Shown here one piece after another: positions 1 through 9,463 of a stretch of 47,672 nt of DNA (position 1 is its first letter; every line of letters begins with the position of its first letter). The DNA lies in NCBI GenBank assembly GCA_013042315.1, contig JABDQM010000132.1, positions 1 to 47,672 on the forward strand. Reading direction: 5' to 3'. Source of the stretch: Flavobacteriaceae bacterium (GTDB lineage: Bacteria > Bacteroidota > Bacteroidia > Flavobacteriales > Flavobacteriaceae). The translations under genes and the position numbers were made by a program. The notes below the pieces were generated by a model. It was given only the letters and a program-made list of their open reading frames with translations, was not told the origin of the DNA and did not search any database.

Positions 1-26
1 AACTAACTAAATTCAAGTTGAACAAA

Positions 27-824
27 ATGAAAAGATTATTCTCGATCCTGGCTATGGCTGGGCTATTTGTCCTAAGTACAAATACGGTAAGCGCAAAAGC
101 GAATGCAATGGTTTCTAATCTGTCTGCAACTGTTGCAACCGCAGTAATGACGATACAGGAAACGCCAGCTGAAGAGATGGTGGAAAATTCCGAGAAAGGC
201 TTCACTCAGGTTTTGAAGGAGCAATTCATCCAGGGGGGTGCCGGATTTATGGGCATTGTTCTCCTGTGTTTAATTCTCGGTCTCGCAGTGGCTATTGAAA
301 GAATTATTTATCTCAATATGGCCAGCACAAACACAGATAAACTAAAACAACAGGTCGAGGACGCTTTGGCTTCCGGTGGTGTTGAAGCCGCTAAGGAAGT
401 TTGCCGGAACACAAGAGGTCCGGTTGCCTCAATCTACTACCAGGGACTCGACAGGGCCGGTGAAGGTGTTGAATCTGCCGAAAAGGCTGTTGTAGCCTAC
501 GGAGGTGTTCAAATGGGTCAGTTAGAGAAAAACGTTTCTTGGTTATCCTTATTTATCGCCATTGCACCCATGCTTGGGTTCATGGGAACGGTAATTGGTA
601 TGATCCAGGCCTTCCAGAAAATTAGTGCCGTAGGTAACTTAAGTGCTTCCCTTATCGCAGGTGATATTCAGGTGGCATTATTAACAACAGTATTTGGACT
701 TATTACTGCGATCATTCTTCAGATTTTCTACAACTATATCATCGCTAAGATCGATGGAATTGTAAATGATATGGAAGATTCTTCGATCACACTGATCGAC
801 ATGTTGGTAGATCACAAAAAATAA
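27..824 (+). CDS. exbB: MotA/TolQ/ExbB proton channel protein with signal peptide and N-terminal extension
   Basis: Motifs IAPMLGFMGTVIGMIQAF and IAGDIQVALLTTVFGL; signal-peptide-like N-terminus ending VSA-KA. ATG at 27 preferred over TTG at 18. Confidence 0.93.
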   Translation: MKRLFSILAMAGLFVLSTNTVSAKANAMVSNLSATVATAVMTIQETPAEEMVENSEKGFTQVLKEQFIQGGAGFMGIVLLCLILGLAVAIERIIYLNMASTNTDKLKQQVEDALASGGVEAAKEVCRNTRGPVASIYYQGLDRAGEGVESAEKAVVAYGGVQMGQLEKNVSWLSLFIAIAPMLGFMGTVIGMIQAFQKISAVGNLSASLIAGDIQVALLTTVFGLITAIILQIFYNYIIAKIDGIVNDMEDSSITLIDMLVDHKK

Positions 825-847
825 TAAGACCCTAAATACAAGAGATT

Positions 848-1291
848 ATGAATAAAATTGTAAAAATAGTATTGGCTGTTTTGGGTCTTATCTCTGCAGT
901 GCTTTGGTATCAATTGCCAGGGCGGGATGAGCCTGCCTCCATTGCTGTAGATAGTATGGCCATCACAGGGATGTTTACCATTACCTATATCCTATTGGCT
1001 ATAGCTGTAGTAGTGAGTTTAGTTTTTACCCTCGTCAATCTGTTCGCTCATCCCCAAAAATTAAAGAAGACGCTGATAACCATCGGAATATTTCTTATTG
1101 TTTTGGGCTTCGCCTGGGCTATATCCTCAGGAACTGATGTGAATCTGGATGAAATGGCCAGAAGAGGTATCCCAACGACGGAAGCTACCGTTAAGAATAT
1201 TGGCACAGGATTGAATCTATTTTTCCTGTTGGTGATAATCGCTGTAGTTTCTATGCTGTGGGGAGGAATCAAAAAGATGACTAATAAATAA
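848..1291 (+). CDS. Hypothetical multi-pass (about 4 TM) membrane protein within the exbB-exbD cluster
   Basis: 147-aa ORF with four hydrophobic stretches, co-oriented and tightly spaced (23 nt after exbB, 13 nt before exbD). Confidence 0.8.
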   Translation: MNKIVKIVLAVLGLISAVLWYQLPGRDEPASIAVDSMAITGMFTITYILLAIAVVVSLVFTLVNLFAHPQKLKKTLITIGIFLIVLGFAWAISSGTDVNLDEMARRGIPTTEATVKNIGTGLNLFFLLVIIAVVSMLWGGIKKMTNK

Positions 1292-1304
1292 TAAATCTTA
1301 AGCT

Positions 1305-1913
1305 ATGTCTAGAAGAGGAGGACCACCAGAAGTAAATGCAGGCTCGATGGCAGACATTGCCTTCTTACTGCTTATCTTTTTCCTGGTAACAACCACTATA
1401 GAAACTGATGCGGGATTAGACCGGATGTTGCCGCCAATGGAGCCGCCGGAAGATAACGTTGTGATCAAGCAGAAGAATATTTTCACAGTGAATATCAATA
1501 AAAGCGGTCAGTTACTGGTTGAAGAGGAATTGACCAATCTGAAGGCACTACGCTCAAAAGCGATGGCTTTTCTTGACAACGGTGGAGACGGTACTTGTAA
1601 TTACTGCAAAGGACGTAAAGACGAGTCTTCTTCTGACAACCCTTCCAAAGCTATTATTTCCCTGAAAAATGACAGGGAAACCAAGTACGGAACCTATATT
1701 ACAGTTCAAAACGAATTGGTAGGAGCTTATAACGAGCTGAGGAACAGAGAAGCACAGCGCTTATACGGTAGAGATTTTACGGATATGGAAGCAGAATTTC
1801 TCAATCCGGAAACTCCCTCCAGTATCCGGGATGAACTGAAAGAAAAAGTTAAGAGGGTTCAGGATTTATTCCCTCAAAAACTCTCTGAAGCAGAAACCTC
1901 TACGTCAAACTAA
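1305..1913 (+). CDS. exbD: ExbD/TolR family biopolymer transport protein (copy 1)
   Basis: PEVNAGSMADIAFLLLIFFLV TM motif with the conserved Asp; extended periplasmic domain. Confidence 0.92.
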   Translation: MSRRGGPPEVNAGSMADIAFLLLIFFLVTTTIETDAGLDRMLPPMEPPEDNVVIKQKNIFTVNINKSGQLLVEEELTNLKALRSKAMAFLDNGGDGTCNYCKGRKDESSSDNPSKAIISLKNDRETKYGTYITVQNELVGAYNELRNREAQRLYGRDFTDMEAEFLNPETPSSIRDELKEKVKRVQDLFPQKLSEAETSTSN

Positions 1914-1931
1914 TTTAAGGAACAACAGATT

Positions 1932-2414
1932 ATGGCTAAATTCACAAAGAAAAAAGACGGGGATCTACCAGCTGTTTCAACGGCCTCCCTTCCTGATATT
2001 GTATTTATGCTCTTGTTCTTTTTCATGACAGTAACTACCATGAAAGACAGTTCGCTTATGGTAGAAAATGTTCTGCCTAATGCGAGTGAGGTAAAAAAGT
2101 TGGAAAAGAAAGACAGGGTCTTATACATTTACGTGGGAACACCTACAAGAGACTACCAGAAGGTATTTGGAACTGAACCCAAGATACAGCTGAATGATAA
2201 GTTTGCCAATGTTACGGACGTTGGTGACTTTATCCTCGAAGAAAGAGCAAAGAAGCCACAGGAATTACAAAATGTTTTAACCACCGCTTTAAAAGTGGAT
2301 AAGAATGCCAGCATGGGTGTTATCTCTGATATAAAGTTGGAGCTAAGAAAAGTAAACGCCTTGAAGGTAAACTATACTACCTACGAAGGGGATGCCTTTA
2401 GAAACATTCAGTAA
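1932..2414 (+). CDS. exbD: ExbD/TolR family protein (copy 2)
   Basis: STASLPDIVFMLLFFFM TM motif with the conserved Asp; C-terminal LKVDKNASMGVISDIKLELRK ExbD fold motif. Confidence 0.92.
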   Translation: MAKFTKKKDGDLPAVSTASLPDIVFMLLFFFMTVTTMKDSSLMVENVLPNASEVKKLEKKDRVLYIYVGTPTRDYQKVFGTEPKIQLNDKFANVTDVGDFILEERAKKPQELQNVLTTALKVDKNASMGVISDIKLELRKVNALKVNYTTYEGDAFRNIQ

Positions 2415-2436
2415 TTTTCTGAAGGAAAATAAATTG

Positions 2437-2465
2437 AAACGCTCCACTTTTAGGAGCGTTTTTTT
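2437..2465 (+). terminator. Rho-independent terminator of the exbB-exbD cluster
   Basis: Stem AAACGCTCC/GGAGCGTTT with 7-nt loop, followed by a T-tract. Confidence 0.88.
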
Positions 2466-2510
2466 ATTCGTATACATGTCTTTTTCCGTAAATATTCTAC
2501 CTTTAGATGC

Positions 2511-3197
2511 ATGCGAGACTGCCTAATTACTTTATTCGCTCTTGTGCTGATTATACCACTAGCAGCACAAAATACTTCCTCCGAGATAGATACAAAGTAT
2601 CTCGAGGATCAATTTTATGTTGGACTTACTTATAATTTCATTCTAAATAAGCCCGAGGTAGTTAATCAGCAAAATCTGTCTTACGGCCTGCAAATGGGTT
2701 TTATAAAAGACCTCCCTCTTAACACGGAGCGAAATATTGGACTGGGAATCGGGCTGGGCTACGCAGTAAATTCCTATTACACCAACCTACGGGTGAGTGA
2801 GGTGGCAGATGGCTTTGAATACAGTTTGCTGGATAGTGATCTCGATACAAAGAGAAACAAGGTAGAAACCCATCTGATTGAATTCCCACTTGAAATTCGA
2901 TTTAGAAATTCAAATCCTACAGAATATAAATTCTGGCGTTTTTACGCCGGCGCAAAGCTGGGATATGTCGTTGGGGCACGTGCAAAAACCGTTACCACAG
3001 ATACTAAAGATTCCTTCTATATAACCGATATTGAAAACTTCAGATATGGCCTAACGGCAAATTTCGGGTATAACACTTTTAATATCCATATCTACTACGC
3101 TCTGAATAATCTTTTCAAGGACGGTCTTCAACTCAACTCAGGTGAGGATCTCACCTTTACTCCACTGAGAATAGGGCTTATTTTTTATATTTTGTAA
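2511..3197 (+). CDS. Outer-membrane beta-barrel protein (porin family, PorT-like small barrel)
   Basis: Signal peptide (PLAA-Q), YLEDQFYVGLTY start motif, alternating amphipathic strands, hydrophobic/aromatic C-terminal strand. Confidence 0.75.
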   Translation: MRDCLITLFALVLIIPLAAQNTSSEIDTKYLEDQFYVGLTYNFILNKPEVVNQQNLSYGLQMGFIKDLPLNTERNIGLGIGLGYAVNSYYTNLRVSEVADGFEYSLLDSDLDTKRNKVETHLIEFPLEIRFRNSNPTEYKFWRFYAGAKLGYVVGARAKTVTTDTKDSFYITDIENFRYGLTANFGYNTFNIHIYYALNNLFKDGLQLNSGEDLTFTPLRIGLIFYIL

Positions 3198-3214
3198 AGT
3201 AAAATTCTAATTCC

Positions 3215-3820
3215 TCACAACCAGAATTTTAATGTGAGGAGCTGCGATACCACTCCCACTAAAAATCCGATTAATAATTCAGTTCTGCTGTGTGCTTTTA
3301 GGAATAGCCTCGACGAGGCAACAAGACCGGAGGCAAAGAACATTAGACTGATAGCCACAACGATATTGCGTTCAAAATGAATGCTCAAGGCAATTAGAAA
3401 CATGAGAATACTGCCCATTCCCATCATGTGCAGACTGGTTTTAAAGGGAATAAGTATTAATAACAAACAAGTGCTGGTTGCAGCTACGAGACCTAGAAAG
3501 AAAAAATACAATTCGAGCGTGTAATGGTCCGGGATCACTTTTAAGAGGATCATCAGCAACAGGATCAGACTGATCATCAACGGATATTTGCGTTCTTCTG
3601 GTCTCGACAGGAAAATAGTCTGAACAATCCCGAGATTTTTTAGAATAAAAAAACTGAGGATGGGAATTATTATAGTCAGGATAAAAATAGGTAGAATATT
3701 CCCGCTTCTCATTTCCAGGGTGGTGTACTTTGGCGTAATCAGGAAGTAAGAGACGGTTCCCGCCAGGGGTACAAAGATAGGGTGGAAGATATAAGACACC
3801 AATTTAGAGAGAAAACGCAT
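3215..3820 (-). CDS. Polytopic membrane protein with degenerate PAP2-like C-terminus
   Basis: Hydrophobic 201 aa with K(T)SLH and SSRLFLKAHS motifs reminiscent of PAP2; start overlaps the rpoN stop (TGATG). Confidence 0.7.
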   Translation of the reverse strand: MRFLSKLVSYIFHPIFVPLAGTVSYFLITPKYTTLEMRSGNILPIFILTIIIPILSFFILKNLGIVQTIFLSRPEERKYPLMISLILLLMILLKVIPDHYTLELYFFFLGLVAATSTCLLLILIPFKTSLHMMGMGSILMFLIALSIHFERNIVVAISLMFFASGLVASSRLFLKAHSRTELLIGFLVGVVSQLLTLKFWL

Positions 3821-5277
3821 CAGATCTCTTTTCTTAATCGAGCCACCGGTATTCCAAGCTGTTCCCTGTATTTGGCTACCGTCCTTCTGGCAATCGGATA
3901 GCCCTTTTCTTTAAGAATTTTGGCCAGCTTATCATCGGTTAGTGGTTTGCGTTTAGGTTCCTCCTTAATTACGGTTTCAAGAATTTTTTTGATTTCCCTG
4001 GTGGATACGTCTTCCCCCTGTTCGTTTTTCATGGACTCTGAAAAATACTCTTTGATGAGCTTAGTGCCATAAGGGGTGTCTACGTATTTACTGTTTGCCA
4101 CCCTGGATACGGTAGAGACGTCCATGTCTATAGTGTCGGCGATATCTTTGAGTATCATCGGACGCAGTTTGCGTTCGTCTCCAGAAAGAAAATACTCCTG
4201 CTGATACTCCATAATGGCATTCATAGTAATAAAAAGAGTTTGTTGTCGCTGTCTTATCGCATCGATGAACCATTTTGCCGCATCGAGTTTTTGTTTGATA
4301 AAAAGAACAGCATCTTTCTGAGATTTAGAGCGCTCCTTCGCGCTCTTATAGCCTTTGAGCATATTGCTGTATTCCTTTGAAACGTGAAGTTCCGGTGCAT
4401 TGCGGCTATTTAGACTCAACTCCAGTTCTCCTTCAACGATGCGTATGGAGAAATCCGGGACAATGTGTTCAATGATCCTATTGTTGCCAGAATAAGATCC
4501 TCCCGGTTTTGGATTTAATTTTTCGATTTCAGATATAGCATCTCTGAGTTCCTCTTCAGAAATGTTGTGCTTCTGAATGAGTTTCTTGTAGTGCTTCTTG
4601 GTAAAATGGTCGAAGGATTTTTCAAGGATGAGAATCGCCAGATCTATTGCCGGACTTGGATCCTTTCTTCTCAATTGTATCAGCAGGCATTCGTCTAAGG
4701 AACGGGCAGCAACCCCGGGTGGATCCAAATCCTGTACGATGTTCAGTACCTTCTCTATGGTTTCTTTATCTGTATAGATATTCTGGGTAAAGGCCAGGTC
4801 GTCCATGATATCGCTTATCGGCCGCCTGATGTATCCACTTTCGTCTACACTCCCAACCAGAAACTCCGCTATAGACCATTCTTCGTCACTGAGATAAAAA
4901 GTGTTTAGCTGGTTGATAAGGTATTGATTAAAAGAGGTCCCTGCAGCATAGGGGACGGTTTTCTCTTCCTCATCAGCACTGTAATTACTGGTCTTGGTAC
5001 GATAATCGGGAATCTCATCATCACTCAGGTAATCATCAATATTGATGTCCTCCGTATTTATCGTCTCGCTTTCATCATTCCCCTCATAAACATCTTCAAA
5101 CTCATCTTCGTAGGTCTCCGTTTCCTCTTTCCCCGTTTCCAAGGCAGGATTTTCTTCCAATTCCTGTTTGAGCCTTTGTTCGAATGCCTGAGTGGGCAAC
5201 TGTATAAGCTTCATCAGCTGGATCTGCTGAGGAGAGAGCTTTTGTGAAAGTTTAAATTGTAAGTGTTGCTTTAGCAT
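3820..5277 (-). CDS. rpoN: RNA polymerase sigma-54 factor
   Basis: Q/L-rich region I, DVSTVSRVANSKY HTH, RpoN box ARRTVAKYRE. Confidence 0.98.
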   Translation of the reverse strand: MLKQHLQFKLSQKLSPQQIQLMKLIQLPTQAFEQRLKQELEENPALETGKEETETYEDEFEDVYEGNDESETINTEDINIDDYLSDDEIPDYRTKTSNYSADEEEKTVPYAAGTSFNQYLINQLNTFYLSDEEWSIAEFLVGSVDESGYIRRPISDIMDDLAFTQNIYTDKETIEKVLNIVQDLDPPGVAARSLDECLLIQLRRKDPSPAIDLAILILEKSFDHFTKKHYKKLIQKHNISEEELRDAISEIEKLNPKPGGSYSGNNRIIEHIVPDFSIRIVEGELELSLNSRNAPELHVSKEYSNMLKGYKSAKERSKSQKDAVLFIKQKLDAAKWFIDAIRQRQQTLFITMNAIMEYQQEYFLSGDERKLRPMILKDIADTIDMDVSTVSRVANSKYVDTPYGTKLIKEYFSESMKNEQGEDVSTREIKKILETVIKEEPKRKPLTDDKLAKILKEKGYPIARRTVAKYREQLGIPVARLRKEI

Positions 5278-5320
5278 TGGGGACTTAAATTCCAGTTACA
5301 TAAAAGTAACGAATTTACCT

Positions 5321-6748
5321 TTAGAACTCTGCATTCTGCGGTGTTCTAGGAAACGGAATTACGTCCCGAATGTTGCCCATTCCCGTGGCAAATTGCACAA
5401 GCCTTTCAAATCCAAGTCCAAATCCACTGTGTACTGCTGTTCCGTATTTCCTGAGATCGAGATACCACCAGAGCTCTTTTTCATCAATATCAAGGGCTTT
5501 GATCTTCTCCAAAAGCACTTCTAATCGCTCCTCTCTTTGTGATCCACCGACAATTTCTCCAATCCCGGGAAATAATATGTCCATGGCTCGTACGGTTTTA
5601 CCATCTTCATTAAGACGCATGTAAAATGCTTTAATTTTTGCGGGGTAATCATAGAGGATCACCGGACACTTAAAGTGTTTTTCAACCAGGAATCGCTCGT
5701 GTTCACTTTGAAGGTCTGCACCCCATTCTTCAATGGGGTATTGAAATTTTTTCTTCTTGTTGGGTTTACTGTTTTTAAGGATTTCTATGGCTTCGGTATA
5801 GGTAATCCTGACAAATTTATTGTCGATCACAAAACGCAGCTTGTCAAGCAGAGAAAGTTCGCTACGCTCAGCTTGAGGCTTTGTCTTTTCTTCGTCTAGA
5901 AGCCTTTTTTCAAGGAAATTGAGATCCTCAGTGCAATTGGCCACAATATACTTCAGCACTTCTTTTATAAAGTCTTCTGCGAGGTCCATATTATCCTTCA
6001 GATCGTAAAAGGCCATTTCCGGCTCAATCATCCAGAATTCTGCAAGGTGTCTTGAGGTATTTGAATTCTCAGCACGGAAGGTAGGACCAAAGGTATAGAC
6101 CTTTCCCAGGCCCATAGCATAGGCCTCAGCCTCTAATTGCCCTGATACCGTAAGATTGGTCTCCTTTCCAAAAAAGTCTTCTTTAAAATCTACTTCGCCT
6201 TCTTCAGTCAGGGGTGTGTTCTTCAGATCCAAAGTGGTCACGCGAAAGATCTCCCCGGCTCCTTCCGCATCCGAGCCGGTGACTATAGGCGTGTGCATAT
6301 TATAGAATCCGTTTTGCGTAAAGTACTGATGAATGGCAAATGATAGGGCAGACCGTACCCTCATTACAGCGGCAAATGTATTGGTCCGTACTCTTAAATG
6401 CGCTTGTTCGCGCAGAAATTCCATGGAGTGTTTCTTGGGTTGAATAGGATATGTTTCGGCATCAGCAGTTCCATGGATAAGGAGTTCAGTAACTTGAATC
6501 TCCACGGCTTGACCTCTTCCCTGACTGGCGACCAACTTTCCTTTAACCTTTAAGGCAGCTCCTGTGGCCACCTGCTTGAGAAGGGCCTCGTCAAAATTTT
6601 CAAAGTCGACCACACACTGAATATTATTCAGGGTCGATCCATCATTCAATGCAATAAAACGATTACTTCTGAAGGTTTTTACCCATCCGTTGACCTCCAC
6701 AATTTGTTCCTGAGGAGTCTCTTTTAATAGCTCTTTGATATTCATCAT
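5321..6748 (-). CDS. asnS: Asparagine--tRNA ligase
   Basis: LTVSGQL, FGPTFRAENSNTSRHLAEFWMIEPE (motif 2), GFGLGFERL (motif 3), IRDVIPFPRTP. Confidence 0.98.
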   Translation of the reverse strand: MMNIKELLKETPQEQIVEVNGWVKTFRSNRFIALNDGSTLNNIQCVVDFENFDEALLKQVATGAALKVKGKLVASQGRGQAVEIQVTELLIHGTADAETYPIQPKKHSMEFLREQAHLRVRTNTFAAVMRVRSALSFAIHQYFTQNGFYNMHTPIVTGSDAEGAGEIFRVTTLDLKNTPLTEEGEVDFKEDFFGKETNLTVSGQLEAEAYAMGLGKVYTFGPTFRAENSNTSRHLAEFWMIEPEMAFYDLKDNMDLAEDFIKEVLKYIVANCTEDLNFLEKRLLDEEKTKPQAERSELSLLDKLRFVIDNKFVRITYTEAIEILKNSKPNKKKKFQYPIEEWGADLQSEHERFLVEKHFKCPVILYDYPAKIKAFYMRLNEDGKTVRAMDILFPGIGEIVGGSQREERLEVLLEKIKALDIDEKELWWYLDLRKYGTAVHSGFGLGFERLVQFATGMGNIRDVIPFPRTPQNAEF

Positions 6749-6779
6749 TGCCCGATAAAACTATTTCTGATTAGCCTCG

Positions 6780-6787
6780 CAAAGATA
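6780..6787 (-). promoter_or_regulatory. Bacteroidota sigmaA -7 element for asnS
   Basis: TATCTTTG on the minus strand, 31 nt upstream of the ATG; matches TAnnTTTG. Confidence 0.65.
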
Positions 6788-6842
6788 ACTCTTTGGACAA
6801 AACTAAATACCCTGAAGCCCCCTATTATTCGCCTTCTCGCTT

Positions 6843-9248
6843 TTAAACATTGATATTCTCGCTCTCGGGCAACTCGTCTTTGGGAAGGATGTCGATCTGT
6901 GGTTTTTTCATGACCTCCTTATTGGCAATACTGCGTTCCAGTGACAAGAGTAAGGAGGGGAGGAGGATAAGATTGGCAAGCATGGCAAAAAGAAGTGTGG
7001 CAGAAACCAAAGCCCCAAGTGCGACGGTCCCTCCAAAACTCGAGAGAACAAAGACAGAGAAGCCAAAAAATAAGACTATTGAGGTGTAGAACATACTCAC
7101 GCCGGTTTCCCTTAGGGCAGCGTAAACTGATTTTTGAATCTGCCAGTGGTTCGCCGTTAACTCCTGACGGTACTTCGCCAGGAAATGTATGGTGTCATCT
7201 ACTGATATCCCGAAGGCGATACTAAAGACAAGAATGGTTGACGGTTTAATAGGTACCCCTACAAATCCCATAACACCTGCAGTGATGACCAGGGGAAGCA
7301 AATTGGGGATCAGGGAGATTACAATCATCCTGAACGAACGAAATAAATACGCCATGAAAAGAGCTATTAATCCGATCGCCAGCGTAAGCGATAATATCAA
7401 ATTCTTAACCAGGTACTTTGTGCCTTTAAGGAAGAGCAACGCTTTCCCCGTCATAGAGGTCTTATAACGATCCTCTGGAAAGATTTTTTCAATGTTCTCG
7501 AGTAAGCGGGCCTCTATCTCTTCCATCCGCTCCGTTTTTACGTCTTTGATAAAGGTTGTAACCCTCGCAATCTGCCCTGTGCTATCTACAAAATTCTTAA
7601 GCAATTCGCCGTCGCCTTCCGAATTTCTGACCACGTTCATAATAAAAGTATTTTCCTGCGAAGTGGGCAACTGATAGTATTTGGGAATTCCATTGTAAAA
7701 TGCCTGCTTGGAATACTTCACCAATTCAACGATGGATGTGGGTTTAGAAAGTTCCGGCACTTCCTTGATCCTTTCGCCTAGCTCATCTATTTTTCGGAGA
7801 TTAACAGGCCTGAGCACTCCGTTTTTCCGGTCGGTGTCTATTACGATCTCGACGGGCATAATTCCGTCGAATTCTTCCTCAAAAAACCTGATGTCCTTGT
7901 AAAACTGAGCGCTTTTCGGCATATCCTCAATAGGACTCCCGGAGATTCGGATCTGGTATATTCCAATGATGCTTGCAACTAACAAAATCACCGATACTAC
8001 ATAAACACCAATTCTTCTTTCCCTAACTATCCGTTCCATCCAATTGACGAAGGCATCTATCCATCTCTTGTTGAGGTGCTTCAAATGCTTCGTTTTAGGC
8101 AATGCCATAAAACTATAGATGATGGGAATGATCAGTAAGGAGAGAATAAAAATAAAAACGATATTGATTGATGCCACGATTCCAAATTCGGTCAGGAGTT
8201 TGCTGTCTGTAATAATAAAGGTGGCAAAACCCGAAGCAGTCGTAATATTGGTCATCAGGGTGGCGTTTCCGATTTTGGAAATCACCCTTTGAAGGGAAAG
8301 GGCCTGGTTACCGTGCTTTTTAACTTCCTGCTGGTATTTGTTAATAAGGAAGATACAATTGGGGATACCGATAACGATAATCAAGGGAGGAATCAGTGCT
8401 GTCAGAACTGTGATTTCATACTGCAGCAAACCAAGAATACCAAAAGCCCACATTACCCCAATGATCACAACGCACATAGAAATTAAGGTGGCACGGAAAC
8501 TCCTGAAAAAGAAAAAGAAAATCAGCGAGGTAACTACCAGTGCTGCCGTTATGAACATTCCGATCTCATCGATAATGTTCTGAGCATTCATCGTGCGGAT
8601 ATAGGGCATCCCAGAAACTCGAACGTCTAATCCGGTTTCAGTTTCAAAGTTTTGAACGAGGTTTGTAAAATCGTTGAGAATAAAATCCTTCCTCACAGAA
8701 GTATTTACGATATCCTTGTCTAAATAGACAATGGTCCTGATGGTTTCACTTTCCTTGTTAAAGAGTAGCTGATCGTAGAATGGGAGGTTGTTAAAAAGGT
8801 GCTGTTTTAGGCTATCAATGGTCTGCTGGGTATCAGGCTCGGACTTGAGAAAGGGTCTCAGTACAAATTCCTGCCGGTCATTGTCTTTTACCAGCTCCTT
8901 TAGATTATCCATGGAGATGACGAATTCTACCTCAGGGAAAGCGTCGAGTTGTTTGCTTAAAACGTTCCATCTGTTGAAATGTCCAGGAGTGTAAAGGCTG
9001 GAATCCCTGATAGCAAGAACTATGGCGTTGCCTTCTTCTCCGAATTGCTCTAGGAATTTCTCGTATTCAAGGTTTATGGGATGATCATCGGGCAGGAGGT
9101 TGGCTTCCGTATTCGAAAAACGCATATTTTGCCACTGAAAACCGAAGAATACTGTAATAGCAGCAATGATCACCAGGATCAAAATCCGATTTCTCAGGAT
9201 GATTCTTGCGGTCGTCGGCCAAAAGTTTTGTGAGAGCTTTGCTACCAT
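6843..9248 (-). CDS. MMPL/RND family efflux transporter permease
   Basis: Two-fold repeat of TM, large periplasmic loop, then 5 TM; NLLP and IAFGISVDDTIHF motifs. Confidence 0.92.
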   Translation of the reverse strand: MVAKLSQNFWPTTARIILRNRILILVIIAAITVFFGFQWQNMRFSNTEANLLPDDHPINLEYEKFLEQFGEEGNAIVLAIRDSSLYTPGHFNRWNVLSKQLDAFPEVEFVISMDNLKELVKDNDRQEFVLRPFLKSEPDTQQTIDSLKQHLFNNLPFYDQLLFNKESETIRTIVYLDKDIVNTSVRKDFILNDFTNLVQNFETETGLDVRVSGMPYIRTMNAQNIIDEIGMFITAALVVTSLIFFFFFRSFRATLISMCVVIIGVMWAFGILGLLQYEITVLTALIPPLIIVIGIPNCIFLINKYQQEVKKHGNQALSLQRVISKIGNATLMTNITTASGFATFIITDSKLLTEFGIVASINIVFIFILSLLIIPIIYSFMALPKTKHLKHLNKRWIDAFVNWMERIVRERRIGVYVVSVILLVASIIGIYQIRISGSPIEDMPKSAQFYKDIRFFEEEFDGIMPVEIVIDTDRKNGVLRPVNLRKIDELGERIKEVPELSKPTSIVELVKYSKQAFYNGIPKYYQLPTSQENTFIMNVVRNSEGDGELLKNFVDSTGQIARVTTFIKDVKTERMEEIEARLLENIEKIFPEDRYKTSMTGKALLFLKGTKYLVKNLILSLTLAIGLIALFMAYLFRSFRMIVISLIPNLLPLVITAGVMGFVGVPIKPSTILVFSIAFGISVDDTIHFLAKYRQELTANHWQIQKSVYAALRETGVSMFYTSIVLFFGFSVFVLSSFGGTVALGALVSATLLFAMLANLILLPSLLLSLERSIANKEVMKKPQIDILPKDELPESENINV

Positions 9249-9350
9249 ATTCTTTCTAAAAAGGCCTGGTTATCATTTTTGAATCCGATATTCCAACTTA
9301 CTTGTAAGAGGAATAAAACCTGCTCAATACCAAGGCTTTTTAAACGCGGT

Positions 9351-9358
9351 CAAAGGTA
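9351..9358 (-). promoter_or_regulatory. -7 promoter element for the MMPL gene
   Basis: TACCTTTG on the minus strand about 100 nt upstream of the ATG. Confidence 0.55.
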
Positions 9359-9463
9359 GAAAATGCAGGGCAGTGTTCCTAGTTTCCCTCTGGGAAATAC
9401 CGGAAGCCTTTTATTGATAAAGCGTACATTTATAAATAGTTAAGGAATAATAGCAGGAGAGGA

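Noticed and set aside
9258-9341. Possible riboswitch in the roughly 100-nt MMPL leader
   Set aside because: Only a weak, mismatched inverted repeat (AAAAGGCCTGG / CCAAGGCTTTT) and no aptamer motif that I recognise.
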